A stretch of 62,768 bases of DNA from a virus (IMGVR_UViG_3300027852_000042:1-62768); one strand, 5' to 3'. Counted from the first letter of the stretch, positions 8,739-19,077 are shown. Notes: generated by a model not told the origin, from the sequence alone. Made by a program: numbers and translations.

Positions 8739-11700
8739 GTGATGCCACCTGAAATTCCATCAGATAGAGAATTTCTTAAAAGACTTAGAGCTATGGGGAA
8801 AACTGCCAAGGAAGAAATTGCTTCACCTTCTAAGGTTAACCTTAGTGATGTTCCCGGAAATCCGATAACCAAAGGCTTACCTCTTGTTCCAAAAGAAGAG
8901 CCCTATGGTGCTACCATTGAGGGTGATCAGTTTCATTTAACTAGATATAAACCACATGAACCTACTGTTGGAGAAGAGCCAAGGGTAAAATCTATAGGAA
9001 GACTTTTCCGTCAGGTTGGGGAAGGTGGTCGAACTATTGCTCAGAACTTGTTGGAACTTTCTAAGGGGATGGGAGAGAGTGAGGCGTTAAGGCAGGACGA
9101 CAAGGAAGATGAGGGGTTTTTACCTTACCTGAAGGAAGAATATTTAGGTGATTTTAAGCAGGGAACATCTCTTCTATCTAAACTGAAGGGTGCAGAAAGA
9201 TTTACACCTGCGAAGCTTGGCCCCAAAGTATTTAAAGATGTCGTTACCAGGGTTATCGATAAGATCCACCCTCCTGCATGGGAAAAGCTGTCCAAGAAAA
9301 GCAGAGAGGCCCTTGAGACCGACATAATGACCACCCCCGAGGCATACAAAGAGTCTCTTGGTTTCTTTGAAGACGCTGCAAATATGGCTCCACAGTTACT
9401 TACTCTGTTGGGGACCACCTATCTATTTAAAACTCCGGTAGCAGGTAGCCTTTTTATAGGTACGCAAATTGCCGGTGGTCAATATGGGGAACTATCAAGG
9501 CAAGGTGTTGACCCGAGACGTGCCATTGATTTGTCTGTTTTAAATGCAACACTGCAAACAATTCCAGAAGTATTGTCCGCTAAAATAGCCATTAAGGGGT
9601 TTAAGCAGGTAGCAGAAAGAACGGACATTGCTAATAGGTTGATAAATCTAACTAAAACCTTAGCTATTGCTCCACCGGTTGAGTTCTTTACCGAGTGGGT
9701 GCAGAAATATCCGGAGGAGATCACAAATATAGCTGCTTTAAATCCAGACAAGGGAACCCTTGAGAGGACGAAATTACTTTTCGACAACCTTGGTAGGGTT
9801 AATAGGGAGGGTGCCTATGAAGGTTTAGTTGCAGCCTTTATGACCTCTTTCGTTCCGTTTGCTGGACTTGTACGGACCGGTAAGTCTCATACCATGTCAG
9901 AGAAGGAGGCAAACAACCTTAGTGCTCAAGCAAAGATACTGCGAATAGGTGGAGACAATATCGATATCGACCCAGAGGTGGGGTCGAGAATCCTTGAGAT
10001 AGGTAACATTGTAGATGAAGCTATAGACAGAGTAGGCAAGGGAAAGTCTGTTGTTTTTAACAAAAGGGATGTCAATAGGATCTCAGAACTTCAGGGTGAA
10101 GTAAGGGAATTAACTGAAAGTTTTGAAGCTGATGAGGCAGTAAGGGCAACAGAAGAAGAGGTGGTTGTTGAGCCTGAAGCGGAGGTGCCACCAGTAGTAG
10201 AAGAAGATGTTACTGTAGAACCAGAGGTTGAGGCAATACCTCCAGTGGAGGGTGGGGTAGCGGAACCACCGGTGGCGGAATCTGAAGTTGTTCCCCAACA
10301 GACCTATGATGAGGTTCAGGCTGAAATTGACGATACAATAGATGCTTTAATGGAGGATGGGTTATCTTTTGAAGAAGCTGATAGCCATCCAAGTGTTGAG
10401 CAACTTTACGAAACCAGAAATAAAATTGGGCAAAAAGAACTTGAGCAATCCTACAACGAAATATCTCCCATCATAAACAAAACCACCGGTGATCAAAAGC
10501 AAACAGATTCTATTCTTAGTCGTATTTACAGTCTTGACCCAAAAGATTTAACCGGACAATATTTTGCTTCCGAATATACTGTTGAGCAAGTTGATAATAG
10601 GGAGGAAACCAGGGGGAAAATACTCCGTAAGATTGTGGAAGATTATGGTAGAGAACACAATCTTGATATGGATGGAGTTTTCTCAGGTGCTTCCGGGTTT
10701 ACAGCGAAAGGCCAAAGAAATTTACTTAAAAAATTAACGGACAAGGCGAACAAAATTGAAGAAGATGTTTATGGATATTTTCACGAAGACATTGATGTGG
10801 TTCAAGAAGTGCAACAGGTAGAAGAACAGCCATTAATTGAAGAAGAAAAGAAAACTGATGGAGTTTCTGTAAGAAAATTACCTATTGCCAAGCCACCCAT
10901 CAAACATGTAGCCAGGAAAGATAAGGAAATAGTAGACACAGAAAAGTTTTACGTGTTGAATGAGAAGACTGGCAAGTTCAAGAAGGTGGAAGTTAAGACA
11001 CGTAAGCAGATACCCGGATTCGAAACTTTCGATTTGTTTATACATAAGACAGGTGATGTGTGGGCTATAGCTGAGGGGTTAACCGGGAAGGAGTATGCTA
11101 CTGGTACAACACAGAAGGAAGCAATGGAGTCATTTTTAGAGAAAACTACTCCAGCAAAACTTACGGCAGACTTGAAGCGTATAACCAAAACCGGCAAGAA
11201 GGTACCTGTTACGGGTAAACCCATTCCCGATACTAAGCTTTCACCTAGATATACTAAGGATAAGAAAGAGACTCCTCCCAAGAAGAAAGAGACTCCTCCC
11301 AAGAAGAAAGAGACTCCTCCCAAGAAGAAAGAGACTCCTCCCAAGAAGAAAGAGACTCCTCCCAAGAAACTAGAGGATAAGGTATCCGATACTCAAAAGA
11401 AACTGGAAGAATTAAGAGCCTTGAGTGATACCCTTCCTGAAAATTCTGAGGCAAAGGCTGAGGTTGACCGGCAAATAGAAAATGAGATACTAAAGATAGG
11501 AAAGGAGGAACAGAAGCCAGCCCCAAAAAGGAAATCTGACAAGAAAAAACCCCCAAAGAAGATAGTTACTAGAAAGAAAACCACAAAACCAAAAACTCAG
11601 CCAAAGAAAAAGAAGTTAGTTCCCCCGTTTTTTAAGGAAACTGAAGAGGCTAATGCTTCAACACATGCAGCCGCATGGGTTAAGAACCTGTCCACCAAAG

Positions 11701-14700
11701 ACTTTAATGCATTTACTGATACATATCAAGAGGGTTTGATACGTATCAGTGAAGATAAGGAAGGTCTTTCCAGGGAAGAAATAGTAAAAGAAATAGAGTT
11801 TATGCAACAGCATGGACTGTGGGGAGAGGCAATAAAGACAAGAGGTGGGGAAGAATATTTACTCGTAGTGAGTGATAGTGCAGATGAACTGAATAGGAAG
11901 CGAGAAGGTCTACCTCCTGGTCCAGAGACCAATAAAGAACTTGTAGACAGAAGAGTAAACCTTGGTGATCGTAAGATAGTTGAAGATCTTTTAGAGAAAG
12001 GTAGTAAGAAGGGACTTTCTAAGGCCGAGACAAAGAAGCTACAGACCCATATTTTTCACGATACGTTAACCGGCATACCTAGCCATAGGGGATGGGAAGC
12101 CAAAAAGCGATTACTTCACCAAGCTTTTCTTGATGGAGATGGTACTAAGTGGCTTAACGATAATGTGGGTTACGATGAGGGTGGAGATGTCCTGCTCGTA
12201 GCTATGGGTAATGCTATTAAAAACGCCACTAAGTTTGGCTCAAGGTTTCACGGGGATGAGTTCCAGTATGAAGCTTACTCAAGGACTGAGCTTAAGGAAG
12301 TAGCTGAAAAAATACACCAATACATGAAAGATAATCCTCTGAAAATAACCATGCCCAATGGAGAGGTTAGATATTATGAGGGTAAGGTAACGATAGGGCT
12401 TGGTAGAACTGAAGCTGAGGCCGAAAGGTCTATGAAAACACAAAAGAAGCTAAAGAAAGAGGATAGTGAATTATCCGGAAGGGGTGATGAGCTTACCAGG
12501 GTGTACCCTGAAGGAGATAAAGTAAAGGAAGGAAAAGAAAAAAAGGTTACTGATGATTTAGAGGGTAAGGTAGACACTGTAAAGAAACTTCTCAAAGATG
12601 AGGGTGGTGAAATAAACATAGACCCCAAAGCTCTCTTTGATGGACTGGTTGACGTTGGTAAGATTGTTATAAATAAGGGCGCTAAAACCTTAAAGAGTTT
12701 CAGTCGGGCAATGCGTAATCTGTTCGATGGTAAAACATGGAACAGGATTAAGAGCCTTGTGCCAAAGGTATTTAAGCGGTCTAGTTTAGAATTCACAGAA
12801 ACAGATGGGTTTAATCAACCTGACTACAAACAAACAGTCGAAGGTATTGACAGGGCAGAGGGTAATATTCCTCACGAAAAACCCATTGCTAAGGTTATTG
12901 AAGGAACGAAGAACTTTTTCGTTGGTTTTACTAAGCAGTGGGTCACACTGCCAGAAAAGGCAGAGTTTGCAAAGGCAAAATCGGAACTGCTTAAACAGGC
13001 GGGGCTCCCTGAGTATGGATGGATTAGAGGTAAGAACACAACCGATAATATCTTCGGAAAGATAGACAGGGAAACAGCTATAAAGGTTCGTAATGTTATG
13101 ATCATTAAGGATCTTAATGAAAGTATCGAAAAAATGGGGGAACGCGGGGAAGATATTTCCGAAAAAAAGTTTCCATTTAACCTGACTAGGGACCGGATTG
13201 TTACTCTTAATGAATGGGCAGATGAAACACTTGAAAACAATCTTGAAGTTAAGACCGTGGCAGATAAAGCATGGGCTGAGACCTTAAGGTTAAATGGAGA
13301 GCTTGTTAAGGCTTATGCTGCACTTGACCCATCACTTGGTAAGTGGATAGGAAACCGAGTGACTCGGCAACACTACTTTCCTCATATGATATTGAAACAT
13401 ACTCCATCTATACCCGGCATTCGTGGAGCCCAAGGATTGAAGATACAACAATATAGAACCCAACTAAAAACAAGGTTCGGGTCGGCTGAAGATTACAATA
13501 CTAACATACCAGAAGTGATGTTGGTATCCTGGGGGCAAGTCGAAGCTGACATAGAGATTGCTAAAAGTCTTAGTAGAATGGAGAAGGAGTATAATGTTAC
13601 AGAAGAACTAAGGGCCGGATTAAATGAGTTAAAGTTAAGCGTTAAAAAAGGATTAACTTGGAGGTCAGGGTTCCTATCTGAATCTCCATTCTTTGGTCAG
13701 GAGATCGATACACCTTCGGAGCTAATGGCTGAATTGTGGGCAATCGGTAAAAAGCGGGGGAAGTTAATTGATAGTGGTGAGATTAAAGACAGCGATTGGG
13801 TTAGATTTGAAAATGAAACCAAGATAATTCTTAGAAGCTTACGAGACAAGATAGGATTATATAGAAACGCCCTCTCCGACCCAACATTTTACCAACAAGA
13901 AGAGCAGAGGTTGGCAGAATGGTATGAAGAGAAGCAGGAAGGTAAACTCTCTGAAGAAGACCAGACTGCCATGGAGGAATATGGTGTAGACATAAGAGAA
14001 GTGCTTGGTGATCAATGGAATGAACCTACACTCGGGTATATGTCTCAATCTGTAAGTGAGTTTCAGGCAGCATTACTACAGGGTGATGTTAATGCAACCG
14101 GTCAATGGTTCAGAGAGAAGATGTTCCCAGGATATGAGACTGTAAACGTAAGAGACATGATGTACTATGCTCATACTGTTGCAGACGATTTAGTTAAGGA
14201 AATCTTGGACGGTCTTTCTGTTAACATAGAAGGTGTTGATTTGAATAAGGTCCTTGTCCGTTCGGATCCGATTGCATGGGTAATTCCTAAAGAAATTGCT
14301 GATACTGTTGAACATATAAAAAGAGAAAAGTTAAAGGCTGGGCTCCAGGGGCCGATAGAAACTTTAGCTATAGAGATGACTAAGTTTGTGAGGGGATATT
14401 TTTTATATGCCCCAGAAAACTTCCCAAGGTATATTATAAACAATACTGTAGCTGATTCTACCTTCATGCTTGGTATAGTTCCTAGCGCGGTGAAGAAAAA
14501 ATATGTTACCCTTGCTAGTAAAATGTTAAGTGCATTGAGTAACCCTAACAAACTGGAGGGTCTTACTGGAAAACAAAAGACCTTACTCCGAGAGTTTTTT
14601 GTTAGGGGCGGACGTTCTGCCGGGTTTACCAACTTTGAATTTGGAGTAAGGGTTCCCCGCCCAAAGTGGAAGGGGTTTAAGACTAAAAAGAAATCAGTAG

Positions 14701-16121
14701 TTGAGTTGCCAGTTTCCGGTGTAAGTACATATATGAACGGGGTGCATGCTGCTAATACATGGACTGAGGTTAACCGTAGACTTGTTGGGTTTTTAGCTGC
14801 TTACGATATGCTAACAAGTGAAACGAAAAAGAAATCTCATTGGGTTTCTCGCGCTGAATTCATAGATGCTCAACCTACAAACTACGATAAGGCCTATCAT
14901 TTAGCAAATGACTTAATGATATCATACGATAAAACGTCAGAAACAGGTAGGAAGCTTGGGAAGTTAAGTCTTATTTTCTATTCGTTTAGGGAGGGTAATG
15001 TAAGAAGATTTTTTCATATGTTTCGGAATGCAAAGATAGATAGCACAGAGGCACAGGCTATAGCAAAGATGGCGTTAGGACCAAGTGTTAAAGTTGGTAC
15101 GCAGACTGCCACGACAATTGGTATAAACTTTTTTAGGTTGGCCGGGCTCCAGGTAGCTGCTTTTCTTTGGAATACCCTTGTTTTCCCAGATGCCGAGAGA
15201 GAGCTTGCTAATGATGTACGATCTAGGATACACTTCATTTATCACCACAATAAAGAAACCGGGGTAACAAGATTCTATGATACTTACGATTCTTTACACG
15301 AAATTTTCAGGTTAATCGGGTTGGCACATTTAGGTAATAAGGTAGATGGTGGGTGGAAGAACATAGTAAGAGACATTGCCCTTTCCCCTATCAACGAAGC
15401 TTATGGGTTGTTGAATCCATTTATTAAGATAGGATTAGAAGAGATTCTTGGTATGAGTCTGTGGCCTGAAGTTCAAGACCCTCGATATATAAAAGATCGT
15501 ATTGAATATTTCATGCGAATGTGGAAGAAAGATGTTGAGTATGCATGGTTAACTGACAAGCCAGATAGGGGATTCCTGAAAGAAAAGGTTAGGCGGATAC
15601 TTTTCAAGGAAATTGATCTTGGAGAGGTGGCGTATTTTAAAACCCTTAAGACTCAGGGTGATTTTTTGGACACGAAGGGAGTGCCACACTTAAGGTTTGG
15701 TTCGACTAAAGGGAGTAAGGCTTTATATTACTGGAAGAAAGCAATTGTCTTGAACGACAAGAAGGCAATAGAGAAGTATTCCAGGGAATATATAAAGTGG
15801 TCGGTTGAAAATAACATGGAACCAAAAGATGTGGTTGATATAGCAAAGTCCTTGTCTCCTATGAATGTTGTGTCTACTAAATATCTTGATGAGTTTCATT
15901 CTCAACTTACATCTTCTGAGTCCAGAACAATAAATACCGCGATGAAGTATTACCAAAGCTTATTTATGACTGATAATTTTATGGAGCGTTTAGACAGATC
16001 AAAACGTGAGGCTGCTAGATATTTTATGGGTTCCCTTGAAGATGATACCGAGATTGATATAAGAGAATTGCGTGACTATTTGGATGTATGGGTGTCTCCA
16101 CAGTCTGAAGGCACGGAGTAA
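8739..16121 (+). CDS. Giant (2460 aa) polyvalent-type internal virion protein with a GGDEF-like domain and LPD38-like C-terminus
   Basis: Last gene of the ejection block; DTLTG...DGDGTKWLND..G...GD.LL...RFHGDEF; YFPH and NPFIK..LE...G motifs in the C-terminal half. Confidence 0.8.
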   Translation: MMPPEIPSDREFLKRLRAMGKTAKEEIASPSKVNLSDVPGNPITKGLPLVPKEEPYGATIEGDQFHLTRYKPHEPTVGEEPRVKSIGRLFRQVGEGGRTIAQNLLELSKGMGESEALRQDDKEDEGFLPYLKEEYLGDFKQGTSLLSKLKGAERFTPAKLGPKVFKDVVTRVIDKIHPPAWEKLSKKSREALETDIMTTPEAYKESLGFFEDAANMAPQLLTLLGTTYLFKTPVAGSLFIGTQIAGGQYGELSRQGVDPRRAIDLSVLNATLQTIPEVLSAKIAIKGFKQVAERTDIANRLINLTKTLAIAPPVEFFTEWVQKYPEEITNIAALNPDKGTLERTKLLFDNLGRVNREGAYEGLVAAFMTSFVPFAGLVRTGKSHTMSEKEANNLSAQAKILRIGGDNIDIDPEVGSRILEIGNIVDEAIDRVGKGKSVVFNKRDVNRISELQGEVRELTESFEADEAVRATEEEVVVEPEAEVPPVVEEDVTVEPEVEAIPPVEGGVAEPPVAESEVVPQQTYDEVQAEIDDTIDALMEDGLSFEEADSHPSVEQLYETRNKIGQKELEQSYNEISPIINKTTGDQKQTDSILSRIYSLDPKDLTGQYFASEYTVEQVDNREETRGKILRKIVEDYGREHNLDMDGVFSGASGFTAKGQRNLLKKLTDKANKIEEDVYGYFHEDIDVVQEVQQVEEQPLIEEEKKTDGVSVRKLPIAKPPIKHVARKDKEIVDTEKFYVLNEKTGKFKKVEVKTRKQIPGFETFDLFIHKTGDVWAIAEGLTGKEYATGTTQKEAMESFLEKTTPAKLTADLKRITKTGKKVPVTGKPIPDTKLSPRYTKDKKETPPKKKETPPKKKETPPKKKETPPKKKETPPKKLEDKVSDTQKKLEELRALSDTLPENSEAKAEVDRQIENEILKIGKEEQKPAPKRKSDKKKPPKKIVTRKKTTKPKTQPKKKKLVPPFFKETEEANASTHAAAWVKNLSTKDFNAFTDTYQEGLIRISEDKEGLSREEIVKEIEFMQQHGLWGEAIKTRGGEEYLLVVSDSADELNRKREGLPPGPETNKELVDRRVNLGDRKIVEDLLEKGSKKGLSKAETKKLQTHIFHDTLTGIPSHRGWEAKKRLLHQAFLDGDGTKWLNDNVGYDEGGDVLLVAMGNAIKNATKFGSRFHGDEFQYEAYSRTELKEVAEKIHQYMKDNPLKITMPNGEVRYYEGKVTIGLGRTEAEAERSMKTQKKLKKEDSELSGRGDELTRVYPEGDKVKEGKEKKVTDDLEGKVDTVKKLLKDEGGEINIDPKALFDGLVDVGKIVINKGAKTLKSFSRAMRNLFDGKTWNRIKSLVPKVFKRSSLEFTETDGFNQPDYKQTVEGIDRAEGNIPHEKPIAKVIEGTKNFFVGFTKQWVTLPEKAEFAKAKSELLKQAGLPEYGWIRGKNTTDNIFGKIDRETAIKVRNVMIIKDLNESIEKMGERGEDISEKKFPFNLTRDRIVTLNEWADETLENNLEVKTVADKAWAETLRLNGELVKAYAALDPSLGKWIGNRVTRQHYFPHMILKHTPSIPGIRGAQGLKIQQYRTQLKTRFGSAEDYNTNIPEVMLVSWGQVEADIEIAKSLSRMEKEYNVTEELRAGLNELKLSVKKGLTWRSGFLSESPFFGQEIDTPSELMAELWAIGKKRGKLIDSGEIKDSDWVRFENETKIILRSLRDKIGLYRNALSDPTFYQQEEQRLAEWYEEKQEGKLSEEDQTAMEEYGVDIREVLGDQWNEPTLGYMSQSVSEFQAALLQGDVNATGQWFREKMFPGYETVNVRDMMYYAHTVADDLVKEILDGLSVNIEGVDLNKVLVRSDPIAWVIPKEIADTVEHIKREKLKAGLQGPIETLAIEMTKFVRGYFLYAPENFPRYIINNTVADSTFMLGIVPSAVKKKYVTLASKMLSALSNPNKLEGLTGKQKTLLREFFVRGGRSAGFTNFEFGVRVPRPKWKGFKTKKKSVVELPVSGVSTYMNGVHAANTWTEVNRRLVGFLAAYDMLTSETKKKSHWVSRAEFIDAQPTNYDKAYHLANDLMISYDKTSETGRKLGKLSLIFYSFREGNVRRFFHMFRNAKIDSTEAQAIAKMALGPSVKVGTQTATTIGINFFRLAGLQVAAFLWNTLVFPDAERELANDVRSRIHFIYHHNKETGVTRFYDTYDSLHEIFRLIGLAHLGNKVDGGWKNIVRDIALSPINEAYGLLNPFIKIGLEEILGMSLWPEVQDPRYIKDRIEYFMRMWKKDVEYAWLTDKPDRGFLKEKVRRILFKEIDLGEVAYFKTLKTQGDFLDTKGVPHLRFGSTKGSKALYYWKKAIVLNDKKAIEKYSREYIKWSVENNMEPKDVVDIAKSLSPMNVVSTKYLDEFHSQLTSSESRTINTAMKYYQSLFMTDNFMERLDRSKREAARYFMGSLEDDTEIDIRELRDYLDVWVSPQSEGTE
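11262..11366 (+). repeat. Perfect 21-bp x5 tandem repeat encoding (KKETPPK)5
   Basis: aagaaagagactcctcccaag repeated five times with no spacers. Confidence 0.95.
12048..12460 (+). other. GGDEF (diguanylate cyclase-like) domain within the giant protein
   Basis: Ordered motifs HDTLTGIPSHR, FLDGDGTKWLND, GYDEGGDVLL, RFHGDEF (12243..12263), VTIGLG, AERSMK..K. Confidence 0.85.
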
Positions 16122-16126
16122 ATATA

Positions 16127-16516
16127 ATGGAAAGAGTATTAGACGAAGAAGGCGAAGTATTAGTCATACACGGTGACAAGGAAACAAAAAGTCAGAATGT
16201 AAACCTTCGCATATGGGACGACACTGGTACTTTAAGTTGGATTAGACTGTCTAAGTCTATGATGGGTATAGAGGTTGGCGATCTCACGGTTACTATGGGA
16301 GATGTTGAAGCCCTGCTTGCGGATAGATATTGGTTGGATGAGAGGCTTGAATATAATGGGGATGGACAGCCTATTTATGTTGGAAAGAATGTTACGCTTG
16401 GTGTGTCTGAGGGCAGTACGACTTGGCACATTACAAGGTATGATTGGACGAGTGGGAATTGTGTAAGAATAAGAAGAAGGGTTACTTCTTGGACTCTTCG
16501 TGCGAGTGGGTGGTAA
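16127..16516 (+). CDS. Putative virion structural protein
   Basis: 129 aa; YVGK...G......W.I.R...W..RAS motif typical of small phage structural proteins. Confidence 0.55.
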   Translation: MERVLDEEGEVLVIHGDKETKSQNVNLRIWDDTGTLSWIRLSKSMMGIEVGDLTVTMGDVEALLADRYWLDERLEYNGDGQPIYVGKNVTLGVSEGSTTWHITRYDWTSGNCVRIRRRVTSWTLRASGW

Positions 16517-16520
16517 AAAA

Positions 16521-17117
16521 ATGGGTTACACATTAAATCCTTTTACTGGAAAATTTGATTATTATACTGGATGGAAGCCCAAAGCTGCTGTAGTGTATGA
16601 TTTAGATTTTTCTGCTTCCACGTCTCAAAGTGTTACGATTCTTCTTGATGATGAAGTCCAACAACTTCTTAGGGGCAGGCTTTATATAGATGCTGACCCG
16701 GGAAGTGGCTTTGCCGCATGGGGAACAATATCGTTGCACAACAAGACTGCAAAACATAGCCATGATGTGTTTTATAGAACATCCTCTAAGCTTGTTTATA
16801 CGGAAATGGAAGTAGCGAGTACTGGAAGTGATGCCAACCTGATACTTGATGATGAAACAGATTTAAGTCCTAATGATTTAGTTCGATTTTTGGATGATGA
16901 TGAACAGGTAAGATTAACAACCATTGCCGATACGTGCGTAGCGGAAGATACCGTTGGCACTCATGCAATTGATGTGGGTGTTTCAAGGGTTGTAGAGCTT
17001 CATGATGTCTTACTTTGGAATGCCGAGGGCGATAAGGAAGTTTACCTTGACTTAGATTTTATTGCAAGTCAGACAGTTTCATTGAAGCTGGAACTAATTC
17101 TTATGGAAAGAAAGTAA
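16521..17117 (+). CDS. Putative tail/fibre protein
   Basis: Start ATG 16521; N-terminal NPFTGKFDY motif common in phage fibre-associated proteins. Confidence 0.55.
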   Translation: MGYTLNPFTGKFDYYTGWKPKAAVVYDLDFSASTSQSVTILLDDEVQQLLRGRLYIDADPGSGFAAWGTISLHNKTAKHSHDVFYRTSSKLVYTEMEVASTGSDANLILDDETDLSPNDLVRFLDDDEQVRLTTIADTCVAEDTVGTHAIDVGVSRVVELHDVLLWNAEGDKEVYLDLDFIASQTVSLKLELILMERK

Positions 17118-18742
17118 TGGCTAGGTATTGGGTCGGTGTAGACGGAAATTGGCACCTTGCTTCAAACTGGTCTGCTACAAGTGGAGGGGCTGGCGGTGCA
17201 GGAATTCCCACTGCAAGTGACGATGTTTACATTGATGGAAATGGGTATGTTCTTTGCTGGCCTACCTCGGATATTGAGTGTAATAATTTATCCTTGCTTG
17301 CTGGTATGACAGAGATGTTGTTGATTGATGCGAGTGCTGTTATCAACGGTGATTTTTCTATAGCTGCTGGATACTTTGGACCTACTGGTGGGCCTGATCA
17401 TACTATTGAGTTTAAAGGTAACTGGTTAAAAACAGGGGGGAGCTTTTCGGTAGGAACAGGCACGGGGAAAGACCCGGAATGTATCTTTTCTGGAAAAACT
17501 AAAACGTATCAGCTTAATGATCTTGCAGCAGCCTCTTTTCAGCACTTAACAATAAGCGGGGAATATGTTTTTACTGGGACTAGATTAGGAGTGGCTAACG
17601 TCTCACAAACTCTTAAAGTGACAGGCATTCTGGACATTCAGGCAAACGGTTTAACCATTTGCGATGTAGACGTTAGTGGGAACAATGCTACAGTTGAGGT
17701 TTCCGGAGAGATTACTGGAACAGGCAGGCTTTGGTATCGGTATAAAGATGATAGTGAGATGGACACTGATGGAATAATCTCTGTTAGATATATGCGATAT
17801 GTCCTTCAAGATGCCACTGCTGAAATAGACGCAAGGGAGTATGTCAATCCTTGCGAGGTTGAAATAGAGTATATAAGCAGTAATCAGGTGTGTTCATTGA
17901 AAGCGGGGAACCATATATTTTATAAGCTGACCTTACAAGAAAACAACGCTGCCATTACAGCAGTTACGTTTGATTGGGATACTTACACTGCCCAAACGTG
18001 GTGTGAAAATACATTTAAAATAGATATGAATTCTTTTCCGGTTGCTGTAGTTACCTTGAAGTTCGGAGATGGAACACACGTATTTAAAAACGCAGTTATA
18101 TTTTTCTTCTCTTATTCTGCTGGAGCTAATGCTCAATTAGTTGTTGATCCTGGAGAAGGGACAATCATTCTTTGGTCTTATCGCCCCCCTGGATTTGGAT
18201 TAATCTCCATTCCTTCATATAGATTAAGCAGGGTACACTCCACTGGCGTGGATTACATTACTTACAATAGAGTTATTTTATTTAGTGAAGAATATGGTAG
18301 TGTTTTGAACCCGAGGTTTATGGAGGGATTTAAAGCTAGAGAATTATTAGTGGAGAGTTATCAAACTTCCTGGCAATTCAGAAGATATGCAGCTCTCCCT
18401 AACATGATGTTTGAGTTTGATAAGCTGAAGGTGGTTGGTAGTGAAGTTTATCAACCTCAGTTGTTAGCTTCCAGATCTTTAAGTGCTCCTTATGAATGGG
18501 GACTAAAAGTTAACCAGGAAGAGGATGTATTTAGTTGTAAGCTTAGAAATGTAGATGCATCTTATGGAAAGGAACTTAATGCTTATAACTCTACGGCAGT
18601 TGCAAGTACCATTGATATTAATTTTTATGATAGGGGTGTAAGAAAGATAGGTGGACAAAGGAATGTGTTGAATGCACGGACGGGCTTAAGTCCTACTCCT
18701 GCTCCTGAAAGAATTACAGAGCAGTTATTGGAGGCTTTTTAA
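17117..18742 (+). CDS. Putative beta-helix tail spike/adhesin
   Basis: RYWVG..GNW....NWS..SGGAGGA..P...DDV.. N-terminal motif followed by beta-strand-rich repeats. Confidence 0.6.
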   Translation: MARYWVGVDGNWHLASNWSATSGGAGGAGIPTASDDVYIDGNGYVLCWPTSDIECNNLSLLAGMTEMLLIDASAVINGDFSIAAGYFGPTGGPDHTIEFKGNWLKTGGSFSVGTGTGKDPECIFSGKTKTYQLNDLAAASFQHLTISGEYVFTGTRLGVANVSQTLKVTGILDIQANGLTICDVDVSGNNATVEVSGEITGTGRLWYRYKDDSEMDTDGIISVRYMRYVLQDATAEIDAREYVNPCEVEIEYISSNQVCSLKAGNHIFYKLTLQENNAAITAVTFDWDTYTAQTWCENTFKIDMNSFPVAVVTLKFGDGTHVFKNAVIFFFSYSAGANAQLVVDPGEGTIILWSYRPPGFGLISIPSYRLSRVHSTGVDYITYNRVILFSEEYGSVLNPRFMEGFKARELLVESYQTSWQFRRYAALPNMMFEFDKLKVVGSEVYQPQLLASRSLSAPYEWGLKVNQEEDVFSCKLRNVDASYGKELNAYNSTAVASTIDINFYDRGVRKIGGQRNVLNARTGLSPTPAPERITEQLLEAF

Positions 18743-19077
18743 TGCGTTATGCTGTGGAAAGACAAGACGGAGTTGATCTTTTAGTAGGCTGGAGTCCCTT
18801 GCCGGAAGGGGCTATCGAGCCGGTTCCTAATTGGGCTGACTTTACGGACATTCCCTGGTATTATCTGAAGATAGTAGGTGGGGCCGTGGTTGAAAAGACT
18901 CAGGCTGAGAAGGATGCGTATGATCAGGCTAATCCACCTACGATAGAAGAACTACAAGCAGAGGCCTTACAACACTTATTAGACACTGACTGGTATGCGT
19001 GTAGAAAAGCTGATTCAAGTGTGGATATACCTACTGAAATTGAGGTCTCAAGACAGGAAGCAAGGGAGTTATTATAA
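18742..19077 (+). CDS. Tail fibre assembly chaperone-like protein
   Basis: L..TDWY..RK......IP..I...RQEAR motif; follows the spike gene. Confidence 0.6.
   Translation: MRYAVERQDGVDLLVGWSPLPEGAIEPVPNWADFTDIPWYYLKIVGGAVVEKTQAEKDAYDQANPPTIEELQAEALQHLLDTDWYACRKADSSVDIPTEIEVSRQEARELL

Noticed and set aside
11262-11366. CRISPR-like array
   Set aside because: The repeats are contiguous with no spacers and are in frame in a coding region
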